A DNA stretch of 64,000 bases from Scyliorhinus canicula (lineage: Eukaryota): contig NC_052149.1 of the NCBI RefSeq assembly GCF_902713615.1, forward strand, positions 239,108,823 to 239,172,822. Reading direction: 5' to 3'. This document shows, one piece after another, positions 38,715 through 51,205 of the stretch. Made by a program: the position numbers and the translations under genes. How positions within the stretch are numbered: the first letter of the stretch is position 1; every line of letters begins with the position of its first letter. The notes below the pieces were generated by a model that was not told the origin of the DNA, made no database searches, and worked only from the letters and a program-made list of their open reading frames with translations.

Positions 38715-39623
38715 TGAGTGTGCTTAACACTCAATTTGGCTCTGTTTCGTTACTTAGCTTTGGAGTCGCCAGGTATCGTTAAGATACCGCCACAAGTTTC
38801 AAGGTCAAGTTCAAAACAATAAAACCATACACCAATTAGTAAGTTCAAACAAGACACGTTTATTATATTACAGTAATCTACTAATCATGCATATAAACTA
38901 TAAGACTAGGCTAATCCTACCACTACTAGGCCAAATACTTATCTGGATAAGGGGACTGCCGGATCAGGGAACAATGGCTTCTAGCTTTGTCCTGGGTCCG
39001 CAGGCTTCCAGTAGTTATCGACTAAAGGGGGTCAGGAGTGTCTTCTCTCGCAGCGTGCGCTGTGACTTACTTGCTGGCGGCTGCTGTCCAGGCCTCTCCT
39101 CCTCAAGGTTCTTCTGCTGCAACGGTGTTCTGCTGGGAGGGCTGGCTGGTCAAGGAGAGGCTGGCAGAGAGAGAGAGAGCTGGGGTTGGGGTCTCTGTTT
39201 TATACCTCTCTCAGGGTCTGGGCAGACCCTCTATTCACTCGCAATCAATTGGGTCTCTTCCCAATCGATTGATTTGAATTCCCCAATAACGGGGCAGTCC
39301 CTCGATCCCTGGGCGGTTCTTGGGACTTATTGTTTTGGACATCCTTTGGCGCCGAGAAGTCTGGCCTTCCATTCAATGTATCGATTTGTGTTTAACTTGT
39401 TTCCATTGTGCCTGGGGATGGCCCGGTATTGCCTCATTAGTATGTTAACTGGTTTCTTTTCACAGTGCTGTCTGGTTTCAGCAACAGCCAAACTGGTTTC
39501 TGCAGTAGTCCAGATATACAAGCGCTTTGCAAGCTGCTTGCTTTTTACAACCTGTCCATTTTCCCTGCATTCCTTGCAATCTTCCATTTTGCGTTGGGCA
39601 GTGGTCACCCCAGGTGTGCATCA
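38715..39623 (-). mobile_element. Probable solo LTR
   Basis: TG...CA ends. Minus-strand TATA (ttttata) and polyA (tttatt) signals. No clear TSD. Confidence 0.5.
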
Positions 39624-39879
39624 GGAGAAGAAAGGTGCAGAATCCGACAGGCCTCCTAGGCCTGTGACTAGGAGAAACTTTATTTAAAGTGTTAAAATCT
39701 TTGATTTAGTTTCCTATTAGCTTGGGTCCTTTAAAAAGGGGAACAATTCATTGATGAACTTGGGGCATCCCAAACACTCCGTACTGTTTCACTGCAAGAA
39801 AATCTTGAAGAAAACTGAAGCTTGCCCCCCCCCCCCCCCCCCCCCCCACTCCCACCTCCCACCTCCCAATGTGGAGCAG

Positions 39880-40090
39880 GCCGCATTCTCAATGAACACA
39901 ATACACTAAATTGAACGAAGTATAAGTTCATTGCAACTTCACCTGGGAGGTTATTCGGAGCCATGAACCCGGGAGGGAAGGAGGTGAAAGGGTGGATGTT
40001 GCATCTCCTGTGCCTGAGTGGGGAGATGCCGAGGGAGGGGGTGGGATTGTTGGGAGCGATGAACCAGGGTATCATCGCGGGAATGGTCTC
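39880..40090 (-). mobile_element. Penelope-like coding remnant
   Basis: Resembles, from recall only, the region of shark Penelope elements leading into the GIY-YIG domain. Highly degenerate. Confidence 0.35.
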
Positions 40091-40798
40091 CACGTAGTTA
40101 TAATTGAGTTCATGTAAACTCCTCATGAGTTAATTCAAAACCTTGACAGCCAACGAAGGGACTTGGTCTGGATTTAACCACACGTCTCAGATGTACAAGG
40201 TAATTTTGGATTCATTATCACTTCAGAGAAACTGAAGCTGCTCATCTTCTGTGCTGTGAGACAAAGAGCTATTTTAAATCCCCTCTGATCTTTCTGTGTT
40301 GGCACAGTAAAGTGTGAACAGGAAGCAACACTCAAAGGATCTACAGAAGCCCACGGAAAAGGCCTTGTCACCAGCCTACTGGCTGTCACATAAATGCCAG
40401 CCAATCGTGTGACGCAGGCAATCCGCTTTCTGAATTCACTGTTTACAGGCAAATATCAGTGCCACTCGCTTCTCCTTCCTCGGCAGCTCCAATTTACAAC
40501 ACAACTCTCCCGACTGCCCTGTTCCTGCTGATTGAACAACAACAACAACTGCACTTACATAGAACCTCAAACATAACCAACCACCCGAAAGTGTTTCATA
40601 GGAGCAGAATTAGGCAAAGAAAATGAACACCATGCCCCATGGGGAGATGTTATGACTGGTCATCAAACGCAGGGTCTCAGAGGTCGGTTTTCAGAAGCCT
40701 TATAATGGAGGAGAGAGGGTTACGGGGGAGGCAGAGAGGGGGGGGGGGGAGCGAGGGAGAGAATACTAGACTTTAGGGTCCAGATGGCCAAAGACATG

Positions 40799-41469
40799 GG
40801 GCTGGATTGACCGTTTTTGAGCCTACGCGCGGAGGATCTGTGGCGTTTTATGTCAATAAAGTCAGCGGGGCCCTCTCACCGATCCTGCGACCGAGGGGCC
40901 AGCAGCTGCAGTGCATAAAACTCCCGCTCCCACGATAAAAACACCTGGAGAATTGCCGGGTCTGTGGCCGCACATATGCACAGCGATGACCTGCAGCGGC
41001 CGCGGCGTAAAACATGGCGCCGGCCGTGTGCGGACCCGACCTACCAAATACTGCCCCTCTGGTCACCCCGGGGCCACCCCCCACCAGCCCCGCAACCAGT
41101 CTATCGAGCCGTCGCGGAAGCCCCCCCCCCCCCCCCTCACCCCACCCCCACCCCGGCCAACAGCACAGCTCCCGTCCGACTGTGGCAGCGCTGGACACAG
41201 TCTGCAGCCGCCAGGGCGGGTGCCCGACCTCTGAAACCCACATGTCAACTGCATGGTCAGGAACTCGGCCAATTGGGGGCGGAGCATTGGGGATGGGCCG
41301 TCAGCTGCCGTGCTAAGGACGTGCGGCTTGCGACGCGCGACGCAATGATGCCATTTTGGAGGGGGCGGAGCATACAATATCTGCGCCAAACAGACGTCGG
41401 CGTCAAAAGGAATTCTACGCCCAACCGCCGATTATGAAATCAGTGTCGGGGAACGGTGAATCCCCACCC
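40799..41469. mobile_element. Harbinger-type MITE
   Basis: GGGCTGGATT...GAATCCCCACCC with TSD ATG. Confidence 0.75.
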
Positions 41470-42466
41470 ATGGTCGCCAAACATTTGAGTGAGCCACTGG
41501 GATTTTAAGGAGGCCAAAGTTGGAGAAATGCTAAGTTTTCGAAGTGTTGTAGAGCTGGAGAAGGATAGAGAGGCGTTTAGAGATTTTGAGAGGATTTAGA
41601 CAGGTGTTGAGGCCATAGCGGGAATAGAACTCAAGGTATGAGGAGTTAATACGGAGGCGCTGTCAGACTGGGACCCGATTTTGGTCAGTGAGCGTAGTGT
41701 TGATGGCTGAATGGGACTCCAGTGTCACCAGGAATTCACGTGGTAGGTTTATGAGGTCAGAAGTTCCTACCAATAACACTAAGCACTGCCTGAGATGGTG
41801 GCGGTGACAAGTTGCCTCACAGCCTTTAAAAAGTACCTGGGTGAGCACTTTGCATGTCAGAAGATTCAAGGCTCTGGGCCAGGTGCTGGTCAATGGGATT
41901 GGGTAAGTACGTCAGGTGTGCTTCACATGTCAGTGCGCACTCGATGGGACGAAGGGCCTCTTCTGAACTGTGTGATTCTGTGATCCTGTGATGCTGTGAT
42001 ATCGCCCGTTTCAGTCAGTGATGAAGAACTTGTGGCGCGGGACCCAAATGAAGCCCATCTGGGTTCCGAGTGTGGCCCACGATACACCATGTTGACTGTT
42101 GTCCACGTGCAGCATTGCCATGTTCCGCTGGTTTCTGACTGTTTAGCTTTCTGCTACCGATCGGGCTAAAGTGATTCACATGTAAAGCAAGGGACAAGTG
42201 AAGTGAGGTGTGAGCTGATTGCTCACAACATTGCCTGTGAGATCCGTGCGCTCCCTCTGCCCCCAAAGTTTAAATACTTATTTTGTTTTAACCGTTTGAA
42301 GTTGACGATAGATCTAGCAATGCATAAATGATGAAGCATTTTTTATAACTCGTTGTGAAATATTTGGCGTGTATTAAATGTGTTTAAGATTATTCATGGA
42401 ATCATGATGAATAAATAACGCTCATTTCAGCCTTTCGACCCACAAAGATGAAGGAGCCCCACTCAC

Positions 42467-42530
42467 CAGCCTAGATTTATCGTCACTAGTCTTATTTTCA
42501 GGGACATTAGTCAAAAGCTCTCCTGTACCG
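42467..42530 (-). CDS. Candidate coding exon (64 bp, phase 2 to 0)
   Basis: Acceptor gattactgttttgtAG, donor CTG|GTGAGT. Only the phase-2 frame is open (GTGELLTNVPENKTSDDKSRL), which matches the phase-2 end of the 49924-50098 exon. Confidence 0.5.
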
Positions 42531-42631
42531 CTACAAAACAGTAATCTGCCTCTCTCTTTTCTAGTTAAGGCTCTTCTATTAGGTTGTATTTGGTCACCTT
42601 TTTGTAAAATTTTGGCCAATTTTACAATTGG

Positions 42632-42901
42632 GGTCCATTTGGCCCATCGAGTCTGCACCAACCCTGCAAAGCCCAGTTCCCTGCCCTTTCCCCCTAACCC
42701 CACCTAACCTTTCGGACACACTTAGGGGCAATTTATCATGGCCAATCCACCTAACCTGCACTTGTTTGGACTTGTGGAAGGAAACCGGAGCACCCGGAGG
42801 AAACCCACGGGGAGAACGTGCAGACTCCACACAGTCACCTGAGATTGGAATTAAACCCGGGTGAGGCATCTGTGCTAACCACTGTTGCCACCTTGCTGCC
42901 C
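42632..42901 (-). mobile_element. HE1-type SINE
   Basis: Core on the minus strand. Confidence 0.9.
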
Positions 42902-44333
42902 ATCTGAAGACTCTGGGATATTTCACTCTGTTGAAGGCACGAGGATGCTATATAAATACAAGTTGTTGTGCTTGAATGTGGGAGACAGAAAAAACAGCCT
43001 TGATTTCATTTACAGCTGAATTTCAAAAACGCAGGAATGATTTGAGTAAAACTATTTTTAAGTTGTCTCCTTGCAATGATGAGAACAGTTAAGGAAATTC
43101 ACACAAACAGAGATGTTTCTCTGGAGATTTTGATGACAGCACTGGTGTGCAGGTCACTGGCGTGCTAATTGCATTTGTGTACAACTCAATCAGGAAAGAC
43201 AGTTCGGGGGTCAGTCAAAAGGGACGGCACCGGGTCAAGGAATGAATTGTCTACAAATTGTTTTCATTTTGTTTTACGGTTCAATGGGAAGGGTTACCTT
43301 TTCCACGATGCTTCCCTGAGATCACCTCCTGATTCAGTTCTTTCTGTCCTCGTCCAGTGTTGATTCGAATCCTCACCACGAGCCCCTGGCTAATGCACCC
43401 TTGACATCTGCTGATGGGTTTTTCAGATCAGGAACTCCGACTGGTGCAAGGGACCAAGATTTGCATAAACTATCGACATGTCAAATGAATCCAGTATATC
43501 ACTTCTCCCCTATCCAAACAGTGGATCTGATCCTTTCGCTGAGGAGATTAGCTGTTAAGGCAACAACAACAGCAAACTGCATTTATATAACATCTTTAAC
43601 ATATTGAATTGGCTAAAGGTGCTTCAAGCACATTTTGATCAGTGCAATTAATGCTATATTTCGAGAAGGAATGCAATTGCTGATGCGACAAAGCTCTGAG
43701 AAAGACAAAGGTTTTAAGCGAACCTTGAATGAAAAGAGAGACATAGAGAGGCAGAGAGGGAAATCTGGAGCGTATGGCCCAGGCACCTCATGGCTGCCAA
43801 TGGGGGGGGGGGGGGGGGTGATGAAAATTGAGGATGCAGAAAAAGTTAAAATGGGAAAATCGCAGAGATTTCGGAGGGTTGTGGGGCTGAAGGGGGCTAC
43901 AAGGGGAGCCTATTTTCATTTTACACATCATCTTCCTCAAACCCGTGCTCGAAGATTCTGGAACATCATGACTATTTAAAAATCAATTATGACTTGCCGT
44001 GGGTTTTATTTTATATCTACCCGACGGGGTCTCAGGTTAATTTCCCATCTTAAAGGCGGCACTTCCGACAGTGCAGCCCTTCATCCCTACGGCATGAGAG
44101 AATCATTGATGCAAGTCCCCAAGTCCGGGAGTGAAACGAGAACCCAAAACGTAACAATTCAGAAGCAGGAGAGTCACTGACTGAGACTGCACAAAGTCAG
44201 ACCTCTGCATCGGAAGATTGAAATTACAAATTTATTTTATTGTTTCATGTTACATCTTTGTCTGCTTGTGGATTGTGTCAACCTTTCCTGCCGTCATTCA
44301 CATTAACGTTGGGAAATGCTCTTGTGAGGGTTA

Positions 44334-44678
44334 TCATAGAATTTACAGTGCAAAAGGAGGCCATTCGGCCCATCGAGTCTGCACCAGCTCTTGGAAAGAG
44401 CAGCCTACCCAAGGTCAACACCTCCACCCTATACCCATAACCCAGTAACCCCACCCAACACTAAGGGCAATTTTGGACACTAAGGGCAATTTATCATGGC
44501 CAATCCACCTAACCTGCACATCTTTGGACTGTGGGGGAAAACCGGAGCACCCGGAGGAAACCCACGCAGACACGGGGAGGATGTGCAGACTCCGCACAGA
44601 CAGTGACCCAAGCCGGGAATCGAACCTGGGACCCTGGAGCTGTGAAGCAATTGTGCTGTCCACAATGCTACCGTGCTG
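44334..44678 (-). mobile_element. HE1-type SINE
   Basis: Full length on the minus strand. A matching fragment is at 1-58. Confidence 0.95.
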
Positions 44679-46364
44679 CATTGTAATAACTCCTTACTCC
44701 CAATGGAGGTGCTGTGGTGCCGTTATTGACAAGAGGATTTGATGTGTTCCCACAATTGTTACCATTGTAGATGGGAGAAAAATAGCAATTAAAATAAATA
44801 TCCTAGGACATGCGAATGGAAACTGAAGCACATTTGAATGCGTTTGTCCACTACTCTGTTTCACCTGAAAGGTTCACACACTTGGTCCTGATCCCCACCT
44901 TCAACAGTATGGGTAACCCACTATCATACAGAGGGGTGTCTACACAGAGAACATTATTGTTCAGTCCAGCTCTCTTTTCCTATCTACTGTAATTGTGGTT
45001 GACTGCTCCTCTTTGATCTGGATCTTTGCCATCTTTTACTACAGAGCTAGTTAGTTGGCACCATGGTTAAAATTGCATGTACACCCTGATGATTTGACAT
45101 CCTTCTTAAATTGTGGTGCCGCAGAGTTGGATGCAATACACAAACTGGGTCTAAACCAGGGATATTTAAATATTGAGCATAATCCTCTCGTTGTTGCACT
45201 CTCTATTCCTCTATTTGCAATGCCCCAGGATCTCACAGGCTATTTTAACAGCTTAATCAATCTATCCTGTCACCTTCAAGGATTTGAAAACATGAATCTC
45301 TCGGTCCCTCTGTTCTGCAAACCTTTTAAAACTGTGCCTTTCGGTATTAATTTCCTCCCCCGACTCCTCTTTCCAAAGTGCATTTCACTGCTATCCGTAG
45401 AACTTTCTGGTACTGAATGACTTGTTGAAGTTGCCAACAGAATACTTCAAAAGTAATCCATTTGCTTTGATGAACATTGATTTTTTTCTCTCTCCTCATT
45501 CCTCTGTGAGGAGCCTTGGGGTATTTTTTCCATGTTAAAGGTTCTGCATCTATACAACCGCATGTTGGTTCTGAGGTGCTCTGTGAGTCTCTTTCGAACA
45601 TAAATACAGCAGAAAGTGAGGTTGTAATTGACTCTCTTGGTTTATTATATGATCGTATGACAAGTTTGGTGCACCCTTGTGACAAGCTCCCAATCACAAT
45701 GCACATTGAGGTTGGCGGTTTTGACAGCGGTGATTGACTTCATTGTCTGCAATAAATCATAACCAAATATCGAAAAACGGATCAATAATTGTTGACACAT
45801 TCCTTCCTGTCGTCTCCCACTATTTTCCCACAGATTATAGATCGCAAATTCAGTCAATCATCTGTAGGCCTTTCAAACTCGTGTCACCAAAATGCGTGCT
45901 AAAATAAATCTCAATATCGTCAAAGGTACGTTGTCAATGTTTTCTTTCAAAAGGCTTGCCGGGCAAACATTTCCATGTGCGAATGAGAGCCTAAGCTGTC
46001 AGATGCAGTGCAAAAGTAGAGCAATTTTCTCTGCCCCCCTTGTCCTGAATGTCCTTTTCTGAGGTGGCGTGAGTTCAAAGAAAATATTTTCAGCAGCGCA
46101 GCCTGCATTAGGACTCTGGCTCACCAAATGATGGCGCATTATTTTTGGACGTTCTTTTTTCTCCAGTTTTCTTTCTCCTGCCGTCTTCCTCCCCTGGAGT
46201 CGACCATTTTTATTCTGGCACAGTTCCAAGTTTGCTGGAGTCGTCCAACGGTGGTTGAATTGGGCAGCTGTCTCGCCTGGGCTCAGAGGGTGATGGCTTC
46301 AGGGGTTTATCCAGCGAGGCTGGCGTTTCAGTGCAGTTTGGAAAGAAGGTGCTAAACGTTAGAC

Positions 46365-46760
46365 TGAGGTCCCGTTTGCCATTTCTGGTGGACAGCAAAG
46401 ATCCCCTGCAACTATTTGGAAGATTTCCCAAAACCAGACAATGGTAGAGTCTATGCTTCACTAAAACCTCCTCTCTCATCTTTTCTCATCTAATATCATC
46501 AACATAACCTGGTATTCCTTTCTCCCTCCAATGAAGAGTAAATAACTATTCCCGGTGCCCTGGCCAATATTTATCATTCAATCAACATCACTAAAACAGA
46601 CTGTTTGGTCAGTACACTATTACTGTTTGTGGGAGTGTTCTGTACACCAGTTGGTTGCCGTGTTGCCGAAATTATGACATTGACTCCACTTCAAAAATAC
46701 TTCATTAACTGTGAAGCAATTTGGTAAATCCTGAGTTTGTCACAGGTGCCGTACACTTAG
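46365..46760 (+). mobile_element. Ancient DeuSINE-like element (other copies at about 10120-10350 plus and 52535-52800 minus)
   Basis: ctggccaatatttat...tcaatcaacatcactaaaacaga...tgtttgtggga...acttcaaaa.tacttcatt resembles the Deu-domain SINE core. Confidence 0.7.
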
Positions 46761-46996
46761 CTGCCTTTAGTTTTCAAGTTGCCCCTCATCAATGGTAAAT
46801 TGCCTATTATTATCATTAAAAGTTCTCAGATGCTGTCTACCCAAGTTTCAAGGTATATTTCCAATGGCGAAAGACTCTTTCCCACACGTTTTAACTGTTT
46901 TACTGAAGAAGGCAGCATGGTTGTGTCCAGTTCAGTCATCATCTAAGATCCTCCACAATGCATCCTTTCCTGGATGGATGTCATAAAGTGATCAAA

Positions 46997-47587
46997 GGTG
47001 GGATTGTCTGATCCTGAAGCTAAGTATTGACGCCATCGTAAACACCGTCGCATTTCACGATCCCCAGGAGCAGCGATTTCGAGCCCCTCAGGAGGCCAGG
47101 ACGGCACTGGAGCGACCCACACCGCTCCAGCTGCCGATACCGGCGTCAAATGGGCGCCGCGGGTCTGCGAATGCGTGCATGCGCACTGTGACCGGTGCAC
47201 ATGGACGGTACCTTCCTTCTCCGCGCCGGCCCCGATGGAACATGCGTAGGGCAACAGGGGCCGGCGCGGAGCAAAAGAGGCCCCCAGCGCGAGAGGCCGG
47301 TCCGCCGATCGGTAGGCTCCGATTGCGGGCTAAGCCACAACAGAGGCCCCCCGGGGCTGGACCCCCCCCCCCCCACCACCACCATCCCCCCCCCCACCAC
47401 CACCACCACCATCCCCCACCACCACCATCCCCCCCCCCCCACCACCACCACCAGGCCGCCCCGGAAGGATGCACGCCGAGGTCCCGCCGGGTAACGGGGT
47501 AAGACCACATGTGGACGGCGCCAGTGGCGCCAATTCTCCACTCTCCGGCGATTCTCCGGCCCGGCGTGCGCTGAGAGAATCTCGCCC
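46997..47587. mobile_element. Harbinger-type MITE with an expanded C/CCA tract
   Basis: GGTGGGATT...GAGAATCTCGCCC. Confidence 0.7.
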
Positions 47588-47999
47588 CAGGTGTGGGAAA
47601 ACAGTGATTGGTTACACTGATTTGTTTGGGCCCTTGTTCCGCACTGTAACCAATCACTTTTCGTCGATGTACCATTTGTCAATGTACTTTGTCCATTATT
47701 CTTTTTGACTACGATGTACGCACTGTATACGTTTCTTCGGCCTCATAAAAATACTTTTCACTGTACTTCGGTACATGTGACAATAAATCAAATTTTTAAA
47801 AAACACAGCAGTTTATTCCTTTTCCTAACCCAGGGACATTAAGACGATTGTATCTGATAAGTAGACTTTGAATCAAACTGGTAACCTGGTTCATCTACTT
47901 TAATATTGCCCACAACAGTGTATCTAACCACTGAGCCATGGTGGTGCTTTCGACTTGACATCATCCAAAACTCTGCTGCCTCAGTCTGAAAGCATGGCC

Positions 48000-48390
48000 A
48001 TTCCCATTCCCCTCTCACCCCAGAGCATGATGACTTACTTGGCTCTAGGTCAAGCAATGTCTAGATTTTAAAAATTCTCATCCCTGTTTTCAAATCCCTC
48101 CATGGCATTGCACCTCCCTATCTCTGTGATATCCTCCAGCTCCGTCATCGTCCTCCGATTTAGCTGAGCTCCTCTACTTCTGGCCCTCTTTCCATTGCCA
48201 AATTTAACCATTCCACCATTGTTGTTCGTACCTTCAGATATCTCAATCCCAAACTCTGGAATTCCTTCCCTCAACCTCTCCACCCCAGTGCTTCACCTTC
48301 CTCCTTTGTGACATTCCTAAGACCCAACGTTTGGTCACCTGACCAAATATCTCTTTGTGTGTCTCAGTGTCACACTTAGTTCTATAATTT
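48000..48390 (+). mobile_element. L2-like LINE 3' fragment (others at about 3740-3910, 16520-16890, and minus-strand 63270-63800)
   Basis: attttaaaaattctcatccctgttttcaaatccctccatggcattgcacctccctatctc...ctctggaattcc reads as FKILxxxFKSLHGxAPxYL...LWNS. Confidence 0.7.
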
Positions 48391-48501
48391 CAAAGCAAAA
48401 TACCATATGGAAGCTGGAAATCTGAAAACAAACCACAACGATAATGCTGGGAGTACCCAGCACCTTTGGCGAGACTGTTACAGGGATGTGGCTTTTTTTT
48501 G

Positions 48502-48656
48502 GTGCGGGATTTTCCAGCCGTTCAGCCGACGGGAGTATCTGGTCCCGCCACCAGCAGCGGAATGTGTGTGAACAGGACCAGAGGATCCCGACGCCGGCCT
48601 ATGGCAGCCGCCTCCATCGCCACAAAACATGGCCGCGGGGATGGAACATCCTGCCC
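48502..48656. mobile_element. Short Harbinger-type MITE (similar ones at 48847-49043 and 16384-16500)
   Basis: GTGCGGGATTTTCC...GGAACATCCTGCCC with TSD TTG. Confidence 0.65.
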
Positions 48657-49923
48657 TTGATTTCTGTTTCTTTCTTTTTCTGGTTGGATCACAAACTGAT
48701 GGAAACTGAAATCCTCTTCAGACCATGGAGGACCGTCAGATGGCGACAATATAAAACTTCTATTCCACCAAGTGGGATGAAAAAAGAAAGGACTTAACCC
48801 CCCAAGGAGTTTGAAGGACCCCCATCTCCTGTTGGCTCTACACATTGGGCAGGATTCTCTGTCCGTTTGCGCCGGCGGTATTTTACGCTCCTGCCGATGG
48901 CCCACCCCTCGCTGCGGCAAGAGGTTCATTCAACGGGAAACCCCATTGACAACAGCGAGACCAGAAGATCCCATCAGCAGCCACTGGCAAGCCACCTCCT
49001 GCCACTGCGGAACACGTCATGAAGACGGAAGAAAATCCCACCCTCTGTCTTTGTCGAAAAGTTCAGAAACCAAAAGTGTGAGACTACTCCATCGGAGTGC
49101 ATGCCTCCAACCAAATCACTTCAATATCACCCACTCTGCAGAAAACATATCACATCTAGCACAGGGCTGAAGAGCTGGCTTTTATAGCAGACCATGGCAG
49201 GCCAGCAGCACGGTTCAAGTCCCGTACCAGCCTCCCCAAACAGGCGCCGGAATGTGGCGACTAGGGGCTTTTCACAGTAACTACATTTGAAGCCTGCTTG
49301 TGACAATAAGCGATTTTCATTTCATTTCATTTCATTTAAGTACGATGCAGTTCCACTTCCACACCAGCCACTGAACTCAAACTCCAGGACAGGTGACTCC
49401 AGCCAATTATTCAGGTCAGGATGACCTTTAAGAGCTCATTTTTAAAACAATTTTTATTTGTTTGAAAATGATTCTGCCAAATGTTTCTTGGGACATTTCA
49501 TCAGGTTAAAGGTGCTAGATAAATATAGGTTGTTGTTGAGTATCTCAAATGTCTCAATTGTGGAATGATGCAAATTATAGGTACTCAGGATGTATCAAGT
49601 CAGCATCAACGATGACTCAGTCTACTTTTGAGTTATGACTTGCCAGTGACATAAACACCCAAAACCTCCCTCACTCCAACTCACTCCCAATGGTTCAAAC
49701 CAAGCAGATTGCCTGAATCTTTCAAAACAATTGCTCCCAACATATGTACAATGACGTGAAGACATCTAGTCAAGCAACACCCTCATCCCACAAGACAAAA
49801 ATGTGTAATGGTTCAAGATGTGTTACAGTTAAAGTTCATGGCAATTACCCTGGTCACTTGTGGGACTCTTGATGTATTGTGTTGGGCTGTGAATCATTTA
49901 TCTCCTGTTCAGAGGTTACTTAC

Positions 49924-50098
49924 CCCAGGCACGATTCATCGACTCGCACTGGATCACTGAAGAAGGAGGATGAACTCAAGACTTCTTTTGAGAGCCGAGG
50001 AGATGGTATATTAGCTTTTTGGTCACCGTTTGTACTCCTACTGTGGTTAACAGCACTCAGATGCAACATGGTACCTCTCCATTGTTCATCCCGATGTT
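49924..50098 (-). CDS. Candidate internal coding exon (175 bp, phase 1 to 2) of an unidentified host gene
   Basis: Minus strand: pyrimidine tract ttctgtcttcttttcccttgctctgctctctcataAG, donor GG|GTAAGT. Only one frame is open: (E)HRDEQWRGTMLHLSAVNHSRSTNGDQKANIPSPRLSKEVLSSSSFFSDPVRVDESCL(G). Lies in repeat-free sequence. Confidence 0.6.
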
Positions 50099-50399
50099 CT
50101 TATGAGAGAGCAGAGCAAGGGAAAAGAAGACAGAATTGTTTAACAACAGAAATGAATATAAATTAATTCTCTCCTTCCAACAACAGTATTGTGAAAATTG
50201 TTACTGATAATGACCTTTGGAATGGACAATGTATTGTTCTAAATTTCAGAATCCCGATATTGTGCAGGGAAGGAACAGCTAACTGACTATAATCATGGGA
50301 TATCTAACTGCCACTGCTCTAAATGCATTTTATAATCACTGGTAACTAGCACATTTCCCCTGTTAGCTCAGTGGGGAAAAGCAGTGTGTGACTCAGTCA

Positions 50400-51205
50400 G
50401 ACCAGCAAGGGAACAGAAAAAATGTCAATGATTATTGTTTGAACGGGTGTAAATTGAGAGAAGTGGTTACTCAGTGTCCTCGTGCATCAGTCGCTGAAAG
50501 TAAGCGCGCAGGTGCAGCAGGCAGTAAAGAAGGCAAATGGTATGTTGGCCTTTATAGCGAGAGGATTTGAGTAAAGGAAGGTAGAGTTGTCACAGTCTCA
50601 GATGACCATTGGCTGATTTCCCCTTTGAGGGGGAGAGCTGACTGGTGGTGATTTAACCTGAGGATCACCACACCTCAGGCAAGGGGCAAGCTTGATGAGG
50701 CGGGGCCTTCGTGAATAACCTAGGCGAGAATGCGAAATGAACCCAGGCTGATGACCTTACTCTGCATCATAAAGCAGCTGTCTAGCTAAGTGAGCTAAAC
50801 TGGTCGTGGAGTATAGGGATAGCGATGTTTTACTACAATTGTACAATTCCCTGTTATCGGAGGAAGGATGTTTTTCGTATGGAGGGAGTGCAGCGAAGGT
50901 TTACCAGGCTGATTCCTGGGATGGCGGGACTGTCATATGAGGAGAGACAAAGTCGTTTCGGATTATATTCATTGGAGTTTAGACGAGTGAGAGGGGATCT
51001 CATAGAAACATATAAATTTCTAACAGGATTAGACCAGGTAGATTCAGAAAGAATGTTCCCGATGGTGGGCAAGTCCAGAACTGGGGATCATAGGTTGAGG
51101 ATAAGGGGTAAACCTTTTAGGACTGAGGTGAGGAAAAATTTCTTCACCCAGGGAGTGGTGAAGCTGTGCAATTCACCACCGCAAGAAGCAGTTGAGGCAA
51201 AAACA
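50400..51205 (+). mobile_element. CR1 3' ORF2 fragment, interrupted by a SINE at about 50575-50805
   Basis: [22 protein letters not shown]...RGDLIETYK...NFFTQGVV. Confidence 0.85.
50575..50805 (-). mobile_element. tRNA-headed SINE of a further family
   Basis: Minus strand begins gtttagctcacttagctagacag (A-box-like) and has a ggttca B-box-like motif. It interrupts CR1 coding sequence. Confidence 0.55.

Noticed and set aside
38887-39687. 266-aa ORF
   Set aside because: It lies within a probable LTR, has no recognisable domain and has random-like composition.
42012-42141. Box C/D snoRNA-like layout (GTGATGA at 42018, CTGA at 42135, short cag/ctg stem)
   Set aside because: The stem is only 3 bp, I found no convincing rRNA or snRNA guide, and it is antisense to the candidate host exons.
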